Below, in pieces: positions 62,879 through 64,000 of a DNA stretch of 64,000 nt. This stretch comes from a virus, in the IMG/VR virus record IMGVR_UViG_3300017917_002938, positions 99,544-163,543 of that record; one strand, written 5' to 3'. The notes under the pieces are model-generated. The model was not told the origin of the DNA and searched no databases. It was given only the letters and a program-made list of their open reading frames with translations. Each line of letters opens with the position of its first letter. The stretch's first letter is position 1. The position numbers were made by a program, and so were the translations under genes.

Positions 62879-64000
62879 TTAGTATCCTGATACGATTGGA
62901 AGTATGATTATTCTATAGAAGTTACCAGCGGTCAAGCCTGATACAGTAAATGACGAGTGAGTAAATGAGGTCAAAGCTGTTACGCTTGTAGTTCTGTTAC
63001 CTGGAACGTTGTATGCTGTACCGTAGTTAATCACATAACCTATCATAGGAGTCCATGGTAGGTGTAAGGCTCTAGTAACTGAGGTTGCAGCCGCTTTAAA
63101 AATACCAGAATCATATACAGACTGGAATGTGGCTGGCTTCCAAGTCTTTACGGTATTGACAGCTCCGTATAATACTTCTCCGAGGTTGACAAGAGAAGAC
63201 TGTTGACCAGCTCTGTAATACGCTTTCTGAAGAGCTCTTGGAGCAGAATTTCCTGAACCTGATTCTTGACCGTAATATGGAAATACAGGACTCCAAGTTG
63301 TATAGCTTGAATTATAATACAAGTCAGGTTGATCGACTAGACTAACATCTCCTCCGTAAGAAACGTAGGTATTTGCAAAATGATAGTACGCAGCTTGAGC
63401 CCATCCATTCAATGCATGATAATAAGGCCCTTGATCTAGACTGGGGTTAACATATACAGAAGGTGCAACTGTCATTGTGGTGTTTGTTGCGAGTGTGGCG
63501 TTAGTATTTCTACTAATAAAAACAGTAGCCCCGCCTCCGTTGGTTCTAGAGATTCCTGTAATGTAAGTGTGAGTGCCATTTGAAGTATTCGACGCAGGAA
63601 TACCTGTACCCGTTACAGTATATCCATATCTCAGTCTTCTTATTGCTTGATTGTTAGTGGTATTTGAAGCAATAGTCAGCTCAATAGCGTTATTTACTGC
63701 TGTAGCGCCAAAAGTAAAGTTAGGATATCCAGTCGCATCAAGTACTGTATAGGTAAGTAATGTATTACCGGCCAGGTTAGCTGATATTTCATGCCCAGTT
63801 GGGCATAGAATTTGGAACTTACTCAACGGCCAGAATGTTAGAGTTACACTATTACCTGATGCTGTAGCAGTAGCGCTACTTTCCGTCCACATATTATTTA
63901 AAGTAGTGGTTGTATCACCTGGGTTAAGGTAAACGAAAGATGCTGCAGGTATACCAGTACCTGTTACGTAATAATAACCTGGTTGATTACCCCACACACC
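62879..64000 (-). CDS. Tail fibre / virion structural protein (C-terminal part; runs off right edge)
   Basis: T/N/G/Y-rich beta-type sequence, repeated VTGTGIPA, followed by a fibre chaperone. Confidence 0.7.
   Translation of the reverse strand, partial: GVWGNQPGYYYVTGTGIPAASFVYLNPGDTTTTLNNMWTESSATATASGNSVTLTFWPLSKFQILCPTGHEISANLAGNTLLTYTVLDATGYPNFTFGATAVNNAIELTIASNTTNNQAIRRLRYGYTVTGTGIPASNTSNGTHTYITGISRTNGGGATVFISRNTNATLATNTTMTVAPSVYVNPSLDQGPYYHALNGWAQAAYYHFANTYVSYGGDVSLVDQPDLYYNSSYTTWSPVFPYYGQESGSGNSAPRALQKAYYRAGQQSSLVNLGEVLYGAVNTVKTWKPATFQSVYDSGIFKAAATSVTRALHLPWTPMIGYVINYGTAYNVPGNRTTSVTALTSFTHSSFTVSGLTAGNFYRIIILPIVSGY

Noticed and set aside
180-63296. Numerous short plus-strand ORFs (e.g. 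6486-7031, 11669-12148, 57619-58011) and nested minus-strand ORFs
   Set aside because: Antisense or out-of-frame shadows of well-supported genes, without RBS or motifs; only 12944-13441 is credible on the plus strand.
1-64000. tRNA, tmRNA or rRNA genes
   Set aside because: No cloverleaf with a T-loop GTTCRA and acceptor stem was seen in the intergenic gaps by eye; tRNAscan-SE/ARAGORN would be needed to be certain.

Overview
A 64-kb segment of a large T4-like (Tevenvirinae-related, contractile-tailed) phage genome, almost entirely encoded on the minus strand. In transcription order (right to left) it holds: (1) a tail-fibre gene and the gp13-gp23/gp3 virion module under T4-type late promoters (NNTAAATA); (2) uvsY, uvsW, gp55, gp47 and gp46; (3) a ~10-kb 7-deazaguanine DNA-modification and nucleotide-pool island inserted between gp46 and gp45 (queE, PRTase, queD, folE, a TGT-fold DpdA3-like protein, a PurN-like formyltransferase, a P-loop kinase, queF, a MazG-like protein, queC, a HAD nucleotidase, a stand-alone class-II glutamine amidotransferase, dUTPase, a GT-A-fold protein); (4) gp45/44/62, regA, hsp20 behind a ROSE-like leader, gp43, uvsX and gp41; (5) a late cluster of secreted, membrane and Cys-rich proteins; (6) a hyperplastic early region of small genes driven by a repeated sigma70-type promoter/RBS cassette (TTGATTTAATTTC-N10-TATAAT), which includes a ~235-nt heavily base-paired non-coding segment; (7) a host-like redox operon ahpC-SGNH-ahpD that ends in a 23-codon pqqA gene (PQQ precursor peptide) missed by the ORF track. 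AhpC, AhpD and PqqA look betaproteobacterial, suggesting a freshwater Burkholderiales host (inference). All functional calls rest on motif recognition by eye; no searches were run.
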